This document shows, piece after piece, positions 37,101-50,333 of a DNA stretch of 64,000 bases. Numbering within the stretch: the stretch's first letter is position 1; the number at the start of each line of letters is the position of its first letter. Position numbers and translations under genes: made by a program. Origin of the DNA: Takakia lepidozioides (taxonomy: Eukaryota > Plantae > Bryophyta); NCBI GenBank assembly GCA_030704615.1, contig CM060734.1, positions 53,568,001-53,632,000 on the forward strand, written 5' to 3'. Under the pieces are notes generated by a model. It was not told the DNA's origin and did no database searches. It saw only the letters and a list, made by a program, of their open reading frames with translations.

Positions 37101-38724
37101 AGTCCACGTCGATTGTTAGAGATGTTAGATTGCAACAATAACTCAAACATGAAGCTACCACCAGTATTGCCAACATCTTACCTGGAACCACTATATCATT
37201 TTGTCGCACCACAAGCCAAACACCACATCTGTGGGAGCATGGGGGAATTTCCCATTTTTCTGGGTTGTGGAGTCAGAATTCCACAGCTTCAACCATAAAA
37301 CCTTCTCTTTTGGGCTGACCTCGCTCGTGGCAAGCATCTGCAACTTCTCGAGAGTCATTTCCGGCTTCTGATTGACGGCAAGTGACTTGTAATGCGTGGT
37401 TATCTCAAAAAGTAAGCCAGTTCCTAGTGCAAGATTGCAAATGGAAGATAATTTGGCGATTTTGGTGTACCACTTCGTCCTGTGCACCTGGAAATCGCTA
37501 GCAAGTTTCTTCTGGATGAGCTCGGTGTTCTCAGCGGTGGCAGGCAGGTGGGCATGGGCATCCAAGCACACGTTTCTAATTCTACGGAATCTTTCCTGAC
37601 CCATATACTCCATGAGGGCATCCTGCGGCATAGTTATCCAGTTCCCATCCCACTTGTTCAAGCACTTCTTGTAGACGTCCGCTAGAAGAGCTGATTGGTA
37701 CTGCTCAACAGGTGTAGTTGCGCACTTCTGGAAGTAGAATAGCTTGTGCGGAAGCTCGTTGGACACATTTCTGCGATCTGTCACGCTGCAAATTAAGGCA
37801 CAGAATGATACCTTCATGTGACCATCGACCTTATTCAATTTCGTGACATAATGACCTACCTTAAAACTCAGGTTTTTTGGGTTGTTGTGGGCTCCATGGT
37901 ATAGTCGGCGCAGACCATACTTGTAGTGAGGTGGGTCTCAACGGAGGGATACTCGCCTTCCTCTTTGAACTCCCTCCCACCTGGCAATACTTCCAACTCC
38001 ATCTCACTATACACGTCTAATTAATGAATTGGAATGATGTCTCCGTTCTGAAGAAGTCAATCCCCTCAGTTATAGTCGGCTCCGACTATAACTGCACTGA
38101 CCAAATTCAGCATAGATGATTATATTTACAAATTAGTCAATGAAGCTACACCGGTGCTGCCTCCAAAATTACACCAACTGCATCTGTCACCCACAGGGAC
38201 TGCTTATGCAAGACCTGTAACCCCATGTATTGGACATCCCCGAATTGCTAAGCTCTTACACCTATGCTCATGCGAGCAGAAGTGGAGATAGAAACTCACA
38301 CATTCATACGATTCATTGCACGCCGTATGAGGCCCAGATCGGAACTCTTCACATCCATAATCTTTGCGTTCACCCGGTAGTGCCAGCTCGCTTCGTCTGC
38401 ATGCTTATGACCTCCATCCACGCATACCACATGTGATTCCTGTCGTAGATGTGCAGCCATTTGTTGGAGAGAAATTCCCACTCCGTGTTCTTTATCTCTT
38501 CCTCAAATGCCGCATCCACTGCCTGCCAATGTACAGTTTTGGCTCTGTCCACCGTCGTCATTGATGGAAAGCAGAAGTGATGCAAGTGCATCGTTGTACC
38601 TGTCCGCCTCCAAAAACAACTTGAGCTTGTTGATGCCAGGGCGCTCAGCCATGCGCATAGCCGGGAGGGGCTGCATCCCGCATAATGGTATTCTTGGCGG
38701 AGCACCATTCCTCAGCAAGTGCAA
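34149..38724 (-). pseudogene. ParB-MTase fusion gene (ATAGTCG-N4-CGACTAT subfamily), degenerate, multi-exon
   Basis: RIPLCGM..INKL (38503-38724); IYDRNHM (degenerate DGNHR); MVDLPDG (~35340); REKSPRFMQTFIKMCSSEGGTIVDLTTGCRSSMVAATICGRHLLALEGD (34210-34360). Confidence 0.8.
34714..38092. repeat. Intronic clusters of ATAGTCG-N4-CGACTAT palindromes (34714-34870, 36280-36760, 37900-38092)
   Basis: Examples: atagtcggcaccgactat (~34714, ~34848), atagtcggcagcgactat (~36281), atagtcgttgccgactat (~36433), atagtcggtggcgactat (~36547), atagtcggctccgactat (~38072). Confidence 0.85.
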
Positions 38725-39397
38725 AATAGATCCGGCCGAGGGTAGCTACCGTGTGAGCAGCTCACGTGAGCACGCTCACGCTTAAAGTGGAAAACGTGAG
38801 CAGAATCCCTTAAGCGTGAGCAAATTCCAAGCGTGAGCAGATTAGTGAATGGGAGCCTACAACCGAGGGAAGAAGAGGGCCTATTGCCGTGGACAGAAAC
38901 TACAATGCACGGACGCATGCCCACCCCATCCGACGGGACAATCCAAGCTCCATGACGACCGTATGGTACGAATGTGCGATGAAAAACGCAACGGATGAAT
39001 GGTTTCAGGATGAATAAAAAGTGGAAAGGATGAATGGTGGATAACTTGTGGATGAGAAATGAGCGAAATGGATGAACTATGACTTCGTTTTTGTTTCACG
39101 TGGAGCAATTGCATCTCGAGTGTGTCCTAAATTTCAGATTTGTCGGCTGATCCTGGCAGTACTTAGAGGGAACTTGAAGGAAACTGCTGAAGTTACAAAG
39201 CAATTACATACAGGAGTAAATTTGAGTTACCTATGGACTCTTCTGATGGGGGTGGGGCTGCAGAGGAGGGAGGAGGATAGAACATGAGAAGTGGAGGACA
39301 AAACAAAATTGCAGAAAAATTTCTCCAAAAACAATGAACCCAAAAAATTGAGTCCAAAAAAACTTTGAAGGCGGTGTGTGTCTAGGTGGGGGGGGGG

Positions 39398-40102
39398 GGA
39401 TTAAGGTGTCGTCAACGACATCCTAATTACCACCTCCTGTTGCCACAAACATTTCATGGAAAATCCCAAAAAACCAGAAAATTTGAATCCAACAAAACTC
39501 TCAAGCCAACACGTGTGCAGGTCGCGGGGATTAAGGTGTCATCAACGACATCTTAAATCCCACCAGCTGCTGCCACATGTCTTTTCAGATTAAGGCCCAA
39601 AAGCGGAAAAACCAAAAATCCAACAAAACTTTGAAGGCGGTGCGTGTGCAGGTCGAGGCGATTAAGGTGTCGTCAACGACATCTTAATTCCCACCACCTG
39701 TTGCGATATGACAGTTCATGGAAAAACTCAAAAAACCAAAAAAACATGAATCCAAAAAGCTTTCAAGGCGGTGCGTGTGCAGGGGGGATTCAGGTGTCGT
39801 CAAGGACATCTTAATTCCAACAACCTCAACAGAATTTTCAAGGTGGTGTGTGTGCAAGTCGGGGGGATTAAGATGTCGTCAACGACATCTTAATTCCCAC
39901 CACCTGAACAAAACTTTCACGGCGGTGCATGTGCAGGTTGGAGGGATTAAGGTGTCCTCAACGATATCTTATTTCCCACCACTTTTTGCGACATGTCAAT
40001 TCATCGAAAACCCAAATAACCAAAAAAAATATGAATCCAACAAAGCTACGAAGGCGGTGCATGTGCAGGTGGGTGGATTAAGGTGTCGTCAACGACATCT
40101 TC
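39398..40102. repeat. Seven-copy array with palindrome TTAAG(G/A)TGTCG-TCAA-CGACATCTTAA
   Basis: Copies near 39401, 39531, 39662, 39790, 39868, 39947 and 40078, in 80-130-bp units. Confidence 0.88.
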
Positions 40103-40229
40103 ATTGGAAAAACCACCAACCCCAATACAAACAAAACGAAAACAGATTCAGCCAAAATAGAAATGGATGTATTCATTACATTGAACAAAGTGGAGTCATT
40201 TTCAAAGAATCCAACTCCTTCTGAACACC

Positions 40230-40775
40230 TCGCATTTCAGTAATCCTATCACGCTGCAGAAGTGTATGAACGTCAGTGGGACCCATTGTACACTGGTGAA
40301 TGCACGTGTCTCGGTGAGGATCACAAAACATCATGTGAATGTAGATGTAGTATAGGTGTTTGCACGGGACAAATTTGGGTTTCTTTCCAATAGAGCTTGA
40401 TAAAGTGTTCTGGAAGTCCGGACATGTGCAATTTGGAAAATTCCCAACAGTTACCTCATGAGTCCTGTCGTGAACAACAGAACCCGATGTCACCATACTG
40501 TATACCCGCCCATAGCCTGGAGGGGGGACATTAACAACTTGGATCACCCGACACTGCAGGTTTCTTGCTCACTCAATTTTGCACTCGTTTTCGGGACCTG
40601 CCTCAACACGACAGACCAGTTTTCCATTTCGTTTCGTAGGCCAGTCGTTCCCATGTGGTGGACGTGGGGGGAATGCGGATTGCGAACCCCGACATGAAAC
40701 TGGTGTTATGACTACTGGGCCTCTTGGAAGACGAAACCCGGCATCCTCCAGCATCTCAATTTCTTGCTTCGACAC
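40230..40775 (-). pseudogene. Transposase C-terminus with SWIM zinc finger
   Basis: QEIEMLEDAGF..WPTKRNGK; PNCTCPDF..KFVPCKHLYYI; close to 21547-22059. Confidence 0.88.
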
Positions 40776-40974
40776 GTCGGACCTGACGCTGACGCGACCA
40801 ACGTCACGTCAGTTTTGCCGAAAATTCAATAAAACATGAGTTAGGTGAAAAATATGCCACGTAGGTGGACACGTTGTATTCCAAGCGACATCTTGGCAAG
40901 TGAATGAATTGTTTTATAAATTACTCCGTCCGCCAATATTTGAGGTCATTTTTAAATCATTATTGTTAAATTGA

Positions 40975-41530
40975 TGCGACCTCCAAATGGTGGTGGTCGC
41001 AGAATTTATCTTATTTTTTAATAGTTGCGACCACCAGCAGAGGGGTTGTTGCAACATTTTTTGTTTTTTTAAAAATAGATGCGACCACCAGCAGGGGTGG
41101 TCGCATTTTTTTCTTTTCTTAAACAGTTGCGACCACCGCTACTGGTAGTCGCACAATTTTTATTTTATTTGTAATAGGTGCGATCACCATCAGGGGGGTG
41201 GTCGCAATATTTTTCTATTTTTTAATATCTGCGACCACCAGCATGGGGGTGGTCGCAGCATTTTTCTTTTTTTTAGTAGGTACGACCACCAGCAGGGGGG
41301 TGGTCGCATCATTATTTTTTATTTATTTTTTAATAATCTCTGTGACCACGAGCATGGAGGTGGTCGCAGCATTTTTCTTTTTTTTTAATAAGTGCAACCA
41401 CCAGTAGGGGGTTGGTCGCAGCAATTTTCTGTTTTTTAATATCTGCGACCACCAACATGATTGTGGTCGCAGCAGTTTTTTTTTAAAAATAACATGCGAC
41501 TTCCTCGTGCGACCTGGAGCGGTCGCAGCA
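40975..41530. repeat. hAT subterminal repeats TGCGACCACC..GGTGGTCGCA
   Basis: About 10 inverted pairs separated by T-rich spacers. Confidence 0.85.
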
Positions 41531-41895
41531 TTGGATTCTGATTCGTCGAGCGTGTGAGGCTTGGAGGCTGGAGGGTATATAAGGTGGTCCCAATGCCCCT
41601 CACTTCTTTTGTCACAAATACTTTTGTGGCAAGTGAATGTTCTCTATTCCTTGAGCAAGAGTGTAAGCCCAAGAGGAGGGTGCAGACCATTTGCTATTGT
41701 GGCTTCCACCAGAGCCACTGCAGCAAATTGTTGAAAAACACAATACTACACGGTGCATTGATCCACTTGGATTGATGCCGTAGTGTTGAGCCATCGCATT
41801 TTGTTCTAAGTTCTATTGCTCTTGACAAATCTACCAAGTACACTAGTGTTCTTCGTTCAACCTTTAAGTCTTTGGTTAGGGTTTTGGGTGTGAGG

Positions 41896-43942
41896 ATGAG
41901 GGAGGAGTGGATCCCTTGGTTCACCGTAGACCCGCACAAAAAGCACGGTGTTCAATGCAATCTATGTGCATTGAAGCTGGCGGGTCACAAAGATCGCATG
42001 TTATATCACCTCGGTTATAGAGATGGGAAGAATGCAGGGGTTACTTTGTGCCCAAAAGCCTCAATGCGAGTGAAAACCCACTTTGCCCAATGTGGAGGCA
42101 ATATCCCACCGTCTCTTGATGTGGCCGCGGCTTCTGAGCCAAACACTCCAGGTTCGAATCAAAATGTCCCTCAGAGTTGTATCCAGGGGGATTCTTGCGA
42201 GGCGTCTGCTGTTCGTGGAGAAGCCGGTGGGTCAAGAGCAACACCCGATTGTACGCCAGCACTTGTACGGACCAGACCATTGAGGCAACAATCAATGCAA
42301 GAAGGCTTAAATTTGTTGCACAGGAGGACTCTGGATAAGAAGTGGGCCCAATTTTTTCTACGAGGCCAATATTCCGTTCAATGTCTTGAGTCTTCCTGTG
42401 TTTGTGGCTGCTGTCAATGCCACGTCCGATTCCAAGTCCACATACACACCTCCGAGTTATCGCGATCTCCGCACAGGATTGTTAGAAGAGACTATGTCTG
42501 ACCTCACCCAAAAGGGGAATGAAAAGACAGGTGATTCTCTCCGGAAATATGGAAGTACTATATGTGCGGATGGTTGGAGTTCTGTTACTAATCGACCACT
42601 GTTCAATGTCATGCTGGTCTGTCCTGCGGGGGAACAATTTTTGGGATCCGTTGACACAAGCGGGGAGAGAAAAGATGCACGTTATTAAGCAGGGTTGTTG
42701 ACGAGTTTCATCGATAAAATTGGAGCTGATACAATTGTCCAAGTGTGCACGGACAATGCATCTAACATGGTTAATATGGCCGATATTTTGATGGTACAAT
42801 ATCCCCATCTATATTACCAAGGGTGTGTTGCTCATATCTTTGATCTCATTTTGGAGGATTGGGGAAAAGAATCATGGATGAAACAACTAGTAAAAAGGGC
42901 AAAGTCGGTTGTGACGTTCATTCGTACACATCACATCCCTCTGGCATTGTTTAGAAAGCATGAACCCAAATACAGCCTTAGGAACCCGGGTGAAACCCGC
43001 TTTGCCACAAACTTTTTGATGGTGGATCGATTGGTGACTGTGAGGGCGGGTCTGGAGTAGGTGATCATTGACCCTCAATGAGATGCGTATGTAGGCACCT
43101 TACGCGACTCTTGTAAGTCCAAGTCTTTGAGCAAAAGTCGGAGGGTCCGCACAATCATTCGCTCTGACGAATTCTGGGCGAAATGTGCAAATTTTGTGTA
43201 CATGGTGGAGCCGGTGTTGATTGTTTTGCGGGAGTTTGATGGAAAACAACCAATAATGGATAAAACATGGTTGATATTGGAAAACCTTGAGAAACACGTG
43301 CAATCCTTGAGGCGTCCTCCATTTTCTATGGACGATGATTTGGCGGCAAGGACCGAGGATGCATTTTACGACCGCAAACGGATGGTTCGCACGGACTTGC
43401 ATTATGCGGGGGCCTTGCTAAATCCATTCTTGCTGGACAATACGGATTTGAGAGACGATGTAGATGTCAAAGCCAGGCTTGTACGGGTCATCATGCAACT
43501 CGCACCCTTGAACATGGCAAAGCGAGCTTTGTCCGAGTACCAGTGCTTCTCGGATCGCCAGAATCCTTTCCATGATATGCCGGATCCAAAAGCAATGAAC
43601 ATATTGCCACATGAATGGTGGGATCTGATTGGAGCTGGAGCAAGAACGTTAGCTCCTATTGCAAAGCGTATTCTTGCTCAAGTGTGCTCTGCCTCGTCCT
43701 GTGAGCGGAACTGGAGCAATTACTCGTTTGTTCACAACAAGATTCGCAACAGGTTGAATCATGTCAGGGTTGACAAATTGGTTTATGTCTACACGAATTG
43801 TAGAGTACTGCGAGAGAAGACAGCAAGTGACGCATCTGCATGGTACGAGAAGAATCTGTTGTCTGAAGAATCTGCCTCAGAGGTCCAATCTAGCAGCAAT
43901 GATGACACCGACGCCGCGAGGGACTTCGACTCCGACGGTTAG
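41896..43942 (+). pseudogene. hAT transposase (BED-like finger, DUF659 core, dimerisation domain) with stops and a frameshift
   Basis: VQCNLC..RMLYHL..C; TICADGWSS..RPLFNV; QVCTDNASNM; CVAHIFDLILED; ETRFATNF; EWW..AKRILAQVCSASSCERNWS..RNRL. Confidence 0.93.
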
Positions 43943-46505
43943 GATGGGTCCGATGATGTGGGCAATCCTCCACATGATCCATATGAATTTAATGATAATG
44001 ATGCTATAATGCATCCATCCTTCGATGACCTTGTTGTTGATGAACTACGACATGGTGTCATCCCAATTGTGGACCCCTCTCCCCTAGTGGAGCACACTCT
44101 CAACAATGAAGTTGAGGTCAACTCTTCCCCACCACGAATTCCACGGACTGCAAGAGATGTGCAGGTCAAATCGTCGGATGATGACAACTGGTCGTTGTTA
44201 TTCCTTCACCGACATCGTGCCCCTGTGAACCGTGCTTCATCTCACGCCGCTCCATCTCATGTTTCTCTTTCTCAAGCCGGTCCATCTCATGCTGGTCCAT
44301 CTAGTCTCTCTCCCCCTCATGTAATTCCTTCCATCGCTACTCCGATCCTGGGAGATGCTTCTTCTGTTGCGGGACTTCTGCAAGTCGAACCATCGGATGA
44401 CGACGACCGGCCATTGTCGTTTCATCTGGCCCGACGACGTCCGCATATGAACTGTGCTCCCTCGACCCTCGCTGGTCCATCTCATGCCCCTTCCTCTTAT
44501 GTCGGCCCCTCTGATGTACGTGCGAGTAGCCTTCCTCATACGAGACCTGCTCCAAGGCCACCACGAAATCCGGGACAAGCCCAGAAACGGCAGAGAATAG
44601 TGCAACCTTTTGTGGTGACCGACCTGTGAACAGGCCTGATACCCTAGATGGTATTCATGATAGGAGTGGAAATCGACCAGAGAGACAACTGAACGTACTC
44701 CGAGGACGACCACAGGTCCAACGGCCAGTTGCCTTTGGAAACGAAAGAACAGATGGAGATCATGATTCTAACACTGATCATGGGAACGGGGGTGAAGTGA
44801 GTGGGGACGAAGATTTTGTACTAGGTGTGAGATCATACCATCGTCGTCGTGCCAGACGGAACTAAGTACAGCTATAACTTCTGTCATATGATGTGTAGTA
44901 TGTTTCCATGGATATCCATGTTTCAGTTTGGGTACATGCATACGTGTACGGAAATAAAAATGGTGGAATATGTGTACCCAAAAAAGGGTTTGGTGATTGT
45001 GCGTGTGTTTGTGTTTCGTCATTACCTATTATGGTTTCGAAAGCCACAAAGGCCAGGTGCAGCTCCCAACATTTATCTTCCCCTTCACAAATCCATGGGG
45101 AGTCGATACATGTGTTTTTCATCTGCCTCTCCAAACATACATACAGGTGCAAGGGGACCAACCTCCTGGTGGTCGCACCTATTTTTAAAAAAACAATTGT
45201 GTGACCACTAGTAGCGGTCGTCGCAACTGTTAAAATAAAAGAAAAATGTTGCGACCACCCCCCTGCTGGTAATCGCACCTATTTACTGATTTAATAGGTA
45301 GTAAGTTAGTACGTAGTAAGGGGGGGTTCCCTTATATGGCCTCTCAGGGTAGTGGGACCCTTCTAGAAGCCCGCCGACCCTGGGAGCCTTCTAGAAGGCC
45401 CTGAACACATGTGAGGTAGCCTATACTATATGCGCACACAAATGCATGCATATGGAGGAATGTATGCGTGCATACAAATTTTAGATATGCATAAGAACAA
45501 TTTTATATGCACAACACTTAAATAAGGGTACCCAAAAATAAAATAAAAATTGTGATTCATCTAATCTTAGGGTCCATAGTCAAAATATCAAAGGATGGAA
45601 TAAGAATATTCTATATAGAATATTCCATATTCATTGTATTATTATTCCACATGGGTGAGTGTAGGAATGGGAGAGGAACATGTTGCTTTTATGGCTTTCC
45701 AACATGAGAAAAAAGGTCGAAAAATTAAAAAGTGACAAGGCACGGCTCCTTGTTAGATACAAATGGTGAAGGTACGGGCTCTTCCAATGGTGGGAGTCTA
45801 GTTTGAAGTTCAGAATGGAGCAATGCTCAGGGAATGCGGAGCTTGACAATGTGATGGAGATGGTCCGCCTGCGCATTTGGGTAGTAAATGGCGATGGCCC
45901 GCAAGGGAATTCAATTTTACAAAAAAGATTATTGATTGGTAATCGAACCCGCAATCTCATAACTTAAAAAACATATTCCTTACCAAACCACCACCCATTT
46001 AATCTTGTTACATAGGTTTTGCAGTATCTATATATCTATCTTCTGAAACATTTTTATTTTACAAAAACATAATGTCCATCAGAGATAGAACCCACAACCT
46101 ATCGGGCATCAAGCCTAGTTCATACCACTACACTACCCATTCAGACTTGAAACACTAATGAAATGAAACACTACTGAGATAAAGATAGTCACCATGTGTG
46201 TACATAACATGCCACAATACTCATAAGGGTTGATCTTACTAATGATGAAATTTGATAGTGCTGAAGTGCATGTCGAACTTGCATTCAGGTAAAGGGATCT
46301 ATGAAATGCAGTAGAGATCTATATACAAACTATTACATAGATAAATCAAATGACAGGAAGATAACATGAAATCTGATTTCAACACCATGTCATTTGCCCC
46401 ATTTGTTTTACCTTACACTAGAGAGAAATACATGTATCATAAAAAATAACCAAAAATTCGGACTGACAATGAGGACAATGTATTGTATATGTAATTTCTA
46501 ATTAC

Positions 46506-49500
46506 CTACATAACATCATCAGCTGATACTTCATCATCCGTGTCATAAGCCTGTGATTCAGAGGCATACACATCCATGAAAGCCTCAACTCTACGCAACC
46601 TATCCACGGATTGTCCAACAATAGCTGCTCTTCGGTCAAACAACAGATCATTGGAAAGACCTACATCACGTTGTTGATGTATTGAATGCAAAGCTTGGGA
46701 CTTGGCATACGAAGGTAGATAAAACGATGAAAGAAGACTTTGGGGTAGACTATCGTAGATGGTCCGCACAATCCCATCACTGCATCACACGTACATGTAT
46801 ACTTATGTTAACAAATCAAATGGGAATGGTTTGCTTTGCAAATAATATAGAGATTGCAACAAAGGGAATGGAGGCGAGACATACTCACTAGGAAGTACTG
46901 CCGAGATGAAGACCAAGCTTGCGCGCCACCTTAGGAGCGGGGGGTTCCAACAAACTCACAGGACGTTGAATGGTTGGAGTTACCACAGATGAAACCAAAA
47001 CAGGTTGAGTATTTTGAAGTGTAGAGAGACGTGCTGCATACAACGTCTGGTCCCCCTCAAGACCAAATACGTGACGTCCAGACTCGCGGGCAATAATAAA
47101 TGTAGAACCTGCAGGAAAAAAACATGCAATGATGATATTATATCGGATAACAGTTAATGATCATGAATCAGAATTACAAAATGGAGACCAATGCAAACCT
47201 GTGCCAGCTGTGAGATCCAAAATGCGGGAGCCAGGAGGTGAGCATGTCTCCAACAACACTTGCATGAAGGCGGGACTACGGTCTCGCGCAACCTCCAGGC
47301 TTGTTGAGGAGTTTGCATGGGTAGTGCAACATTTGGAATGTGGTTGTAGATGGCATCCAACTCAACAGGGTCTACAAGGGGGTCCACAACTTTGCCAGAC
47401 TCACGCAGTTTGAATAGTCCTCCTTGCTTGGTGAGGACATGGGCGTGGAAGAACATGGTCTGTTAGACGTGTCATTTCCACAAAAACAGTGCACCCGGAT
47501 GGTTTAATAATATGTATGAGAGTAGAAAGATGAAACATCAAACAATGAGATATTGAAGAGGGATGATTTTTACCTTTCCTGTCTAAGTGTGTAGAGGGGT
47601 GGTATTGATGCAAGTATATTTCCTTGATAATACGGAAATAGAGCTGCCCCTGAAAAGAGCTCCAATGCAAAGGAATCATTGGAGCCCTGCAAGAACACCA
47701 AGCATCCATTGTCATCCAACAGGTCATTAGCAATGGAGAATGCATACTCCCAATACCATTTATCAAAAGCATTCTAGGGAGGAACCTGTACACCATCCAA
47801 ACAGCCCTGTAAAGGCATTCCTGTTGGGCAGTCCACGATGATCATGTCCACAGCCACATGCACGCTTTTTCCATCCACAACAATAGACCAAGTTCCTGGC
47901 AACTGCAAACAACATACAGAAAATGTAGGAGTCAATAGCCGGATGATGAGGATATAAAAACATCGAAGAATTCCTTACATTCAAGTTTGTTTGTTGGGGG
48001 AAACTCACATTTTTGAAGAACTCCATGAGCTCTTTCAAGGTCGCATCAGGAGATGTACTTGAGGCCTCCACCATATCAATGAAATGAGTAGGCATGATCT
48101 TCATGCGATACATGCTAGATGCACCACCAAAAAATGACACTGCACTGTAAGGATGTTCGCCTGCCTTTGGCTTGTTTCCTCGAGTAGTAGGTGCAGGCAC
48201 TACAACCAACTGATTTGAAGGATGTGAAGAACTACCAATAGGACCAGCAATAGAAACCACACCTGCATTGGGGGCCACACCTGCATTGACATCCGCACCT
48301 TTTCTTTTTCGTGATTTGCGTTTTGGTACACCCACAACGGCAGGGACCACTTGGGCTAAAGCGTCAGCGGCCTGTGTAGCAATCTGTTCTGCATGCTCCT
48401 GATCAAGAACATGGACTTCAGTGGAGATACCCCCTTCATCACTCACTGACTGCCTGCGAACACATTCCTTATGAAGTCCCATTTCTGCATAGGGGATAGT
48501 ACCCTTGGGCATATCCAAATACCAACCCCCCCTTCCCGGTGTTCCACACCCCAATCTTCCTCAATTGCAGGTGTGTACATGGAAGCTTGTTGAGCACCAA
48601 ACTTCCAGGCCATCAGAAACTTGGGCTCAGCCTTAAGTCGATCACTCGGTACAAGCACAAATCTCATGTACCTAAAATACAAACACATTCAAAGTTATTG
48701 TGGAGACAAATATTTATGCAACATGTTCAACAATTGAACAAACACATTAAGAAACATGTATATCCCAATGTACTAGAAAAATACTTGAAGCATAGACATT
48801 TTTGACTTACAAGGTGTATACACTATCCATGTACAATGCAATGGAAAGATGGTACCTGAATAAAATCCGTCTCACCACCTTCTCCCCACCTGTTTGTTGT
48901 TCCCAATCATTGCCTCTGAATGGCCCCTTTGGCAATGAGAACTCTCTATGAAACAACTCATTGAAATGAGTCATCTTCCATGTATCCATGTAGTCTCCCA
49001 GACTCTCACTCTCTCCTTCCTCCAAGGCAACATGAAATTGGCCAAGCTGAGTGGTGTACAAGGCAAACTGAGCCAAGGCAACCTTGTGAAGCTGCCAGAA
49101 AATACAGTCAGTTAAATAATTATGTTAATGTGTCATCAACAAAATGAATTAATTGCATTGAGAAGATAATGATTGTATATGTACCTGCCACCAAAAAGTC
49201 CTTCTATTCAGCCAAGGATCAAGTGTTGGCACACTGATAGGCCCGGGTGGAAAAAAATTACGGTCGTGAAGTGTTTGGTCTCCATTCCATATATGTAGCC
49301 ATTCCACCTTTTCTTCAGGATCCACCCGGGCGGTAGCAATGTTCACCATTTTCTCTTGGGTCATTTCCTCTGATCCTGCCTTTACACGTGACCAATGCAA
49401 TTAAATTCTTGGAGAAACCCCTCTCCAAGGGTTGGATCAGCAATAGGAAGCAACTTCACAAGCTGACTCTTGTGTTGCTCCCTTGCTTTCAATCCAGCCT

Positions 49501-50333
49501 GTCTCATTGTATCTTCAAGGCCCTCTTGACTCTTTGGCCCCTCAGCAAGTTTGTAAGCTTCCCCCGCCATGCGTTGGGCCTCAACAATATCATGCTGCCA
49601 AAAGAACCAAAACAGTTCATAACATGAACCAGAGGTGAATCTTGTCTATGGATGCAAAGAATGAAACTTGGTTAAGAAATGATGTTACCTTGTACAAAAT
49701 CTCTGTCATTGCATGGACTGTCAGGTTATACCAAGTCTTTCCTGCTTTCTTGATGCATTCATCGTATTGCTCTTTCCTCAATACATTCTTCCATTCAGAG
49801 ACAGGTGTAAGGCCAATCATATTGACCTTGAAAACCAAGTGCACAAATTTGGATGTAACATGTGCCCTCTCTGTTGCCCTGCACATATAAAATATGATCA
49901 TTAGAAAGAAGATGTGTATATGTACATCCATTGAGCAAGAACATGACAACATTGAACTTGAAAGTAAATGAAGAATAGAAAGGAAACTCACACATTCACT
50001 CCATCCATGATGGACCTGAGGGAACCACGATTTTCAATGTCCGCATTGAGCACCCAACTTGTCACACAGACATGTCTTGACAAGTTGGCCCCATGAACTT
50101 CATTGATATAGGGATACCATGCTTGAAGCCTATGTTTCCCATCCCAGACATGAAACATCTTCCCCCGAAGATGATGCAACTTTGGCTTGGACTCAAGATA
50201 CTTCTCAAACTCATCATTGACTGTTTTCCAATGACTATCCCATGTAGAGATGATATCAGGACCTACATCTATAGTAGATCCATCAATCCCCTCAACAGAA
50301 ACATAGAACACGGCTGCTCCTGGATGAGGTTTA
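46506..50333 (-). pseudogene. ParB-MTase fusion gene, fourth copy, 5'-truncated by the element 1 terminus
   Basis: PGAAVFYVS..MFHVWDGKHRLQAW; DMIIVDCPTG (~47830); RSPAFMQVLLETCSPPGSRILDLTAGT/GSTFIIARESGRHVFGLEGD (47050-47290); many GT..AG introns. Confidence 0.85.

Larger units (their letters stand above)
38746..40780 (-). mobile_element. Element Y: terminal fragment of a further GCM-MULE subfamily
   Basis: GTGAGC/GCTCAC-rich end at 38746-38840 truncates the ParB gene, followed by a palindrome array and the transposase 3' end pointing to that terminus. Confidence 0.65.
40900..45290 (+). mobile_element. hAT DNA transposon (DUF659-type), boundaries approximate
   Basis: Transposase flanked by subterminal TGCGACCACC/GGTGGTCGCA repeats at 40975-41530 and 45160-45280. 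Confidence 0.8.

Noticed and set aside
43958-44865. Separate gene downstream of the hAT transposase
   Set aside because: Low-complexity Ser/Pro/Asp-rich sequence in frame after a single TAG, so more likely the disordered transposase tail.
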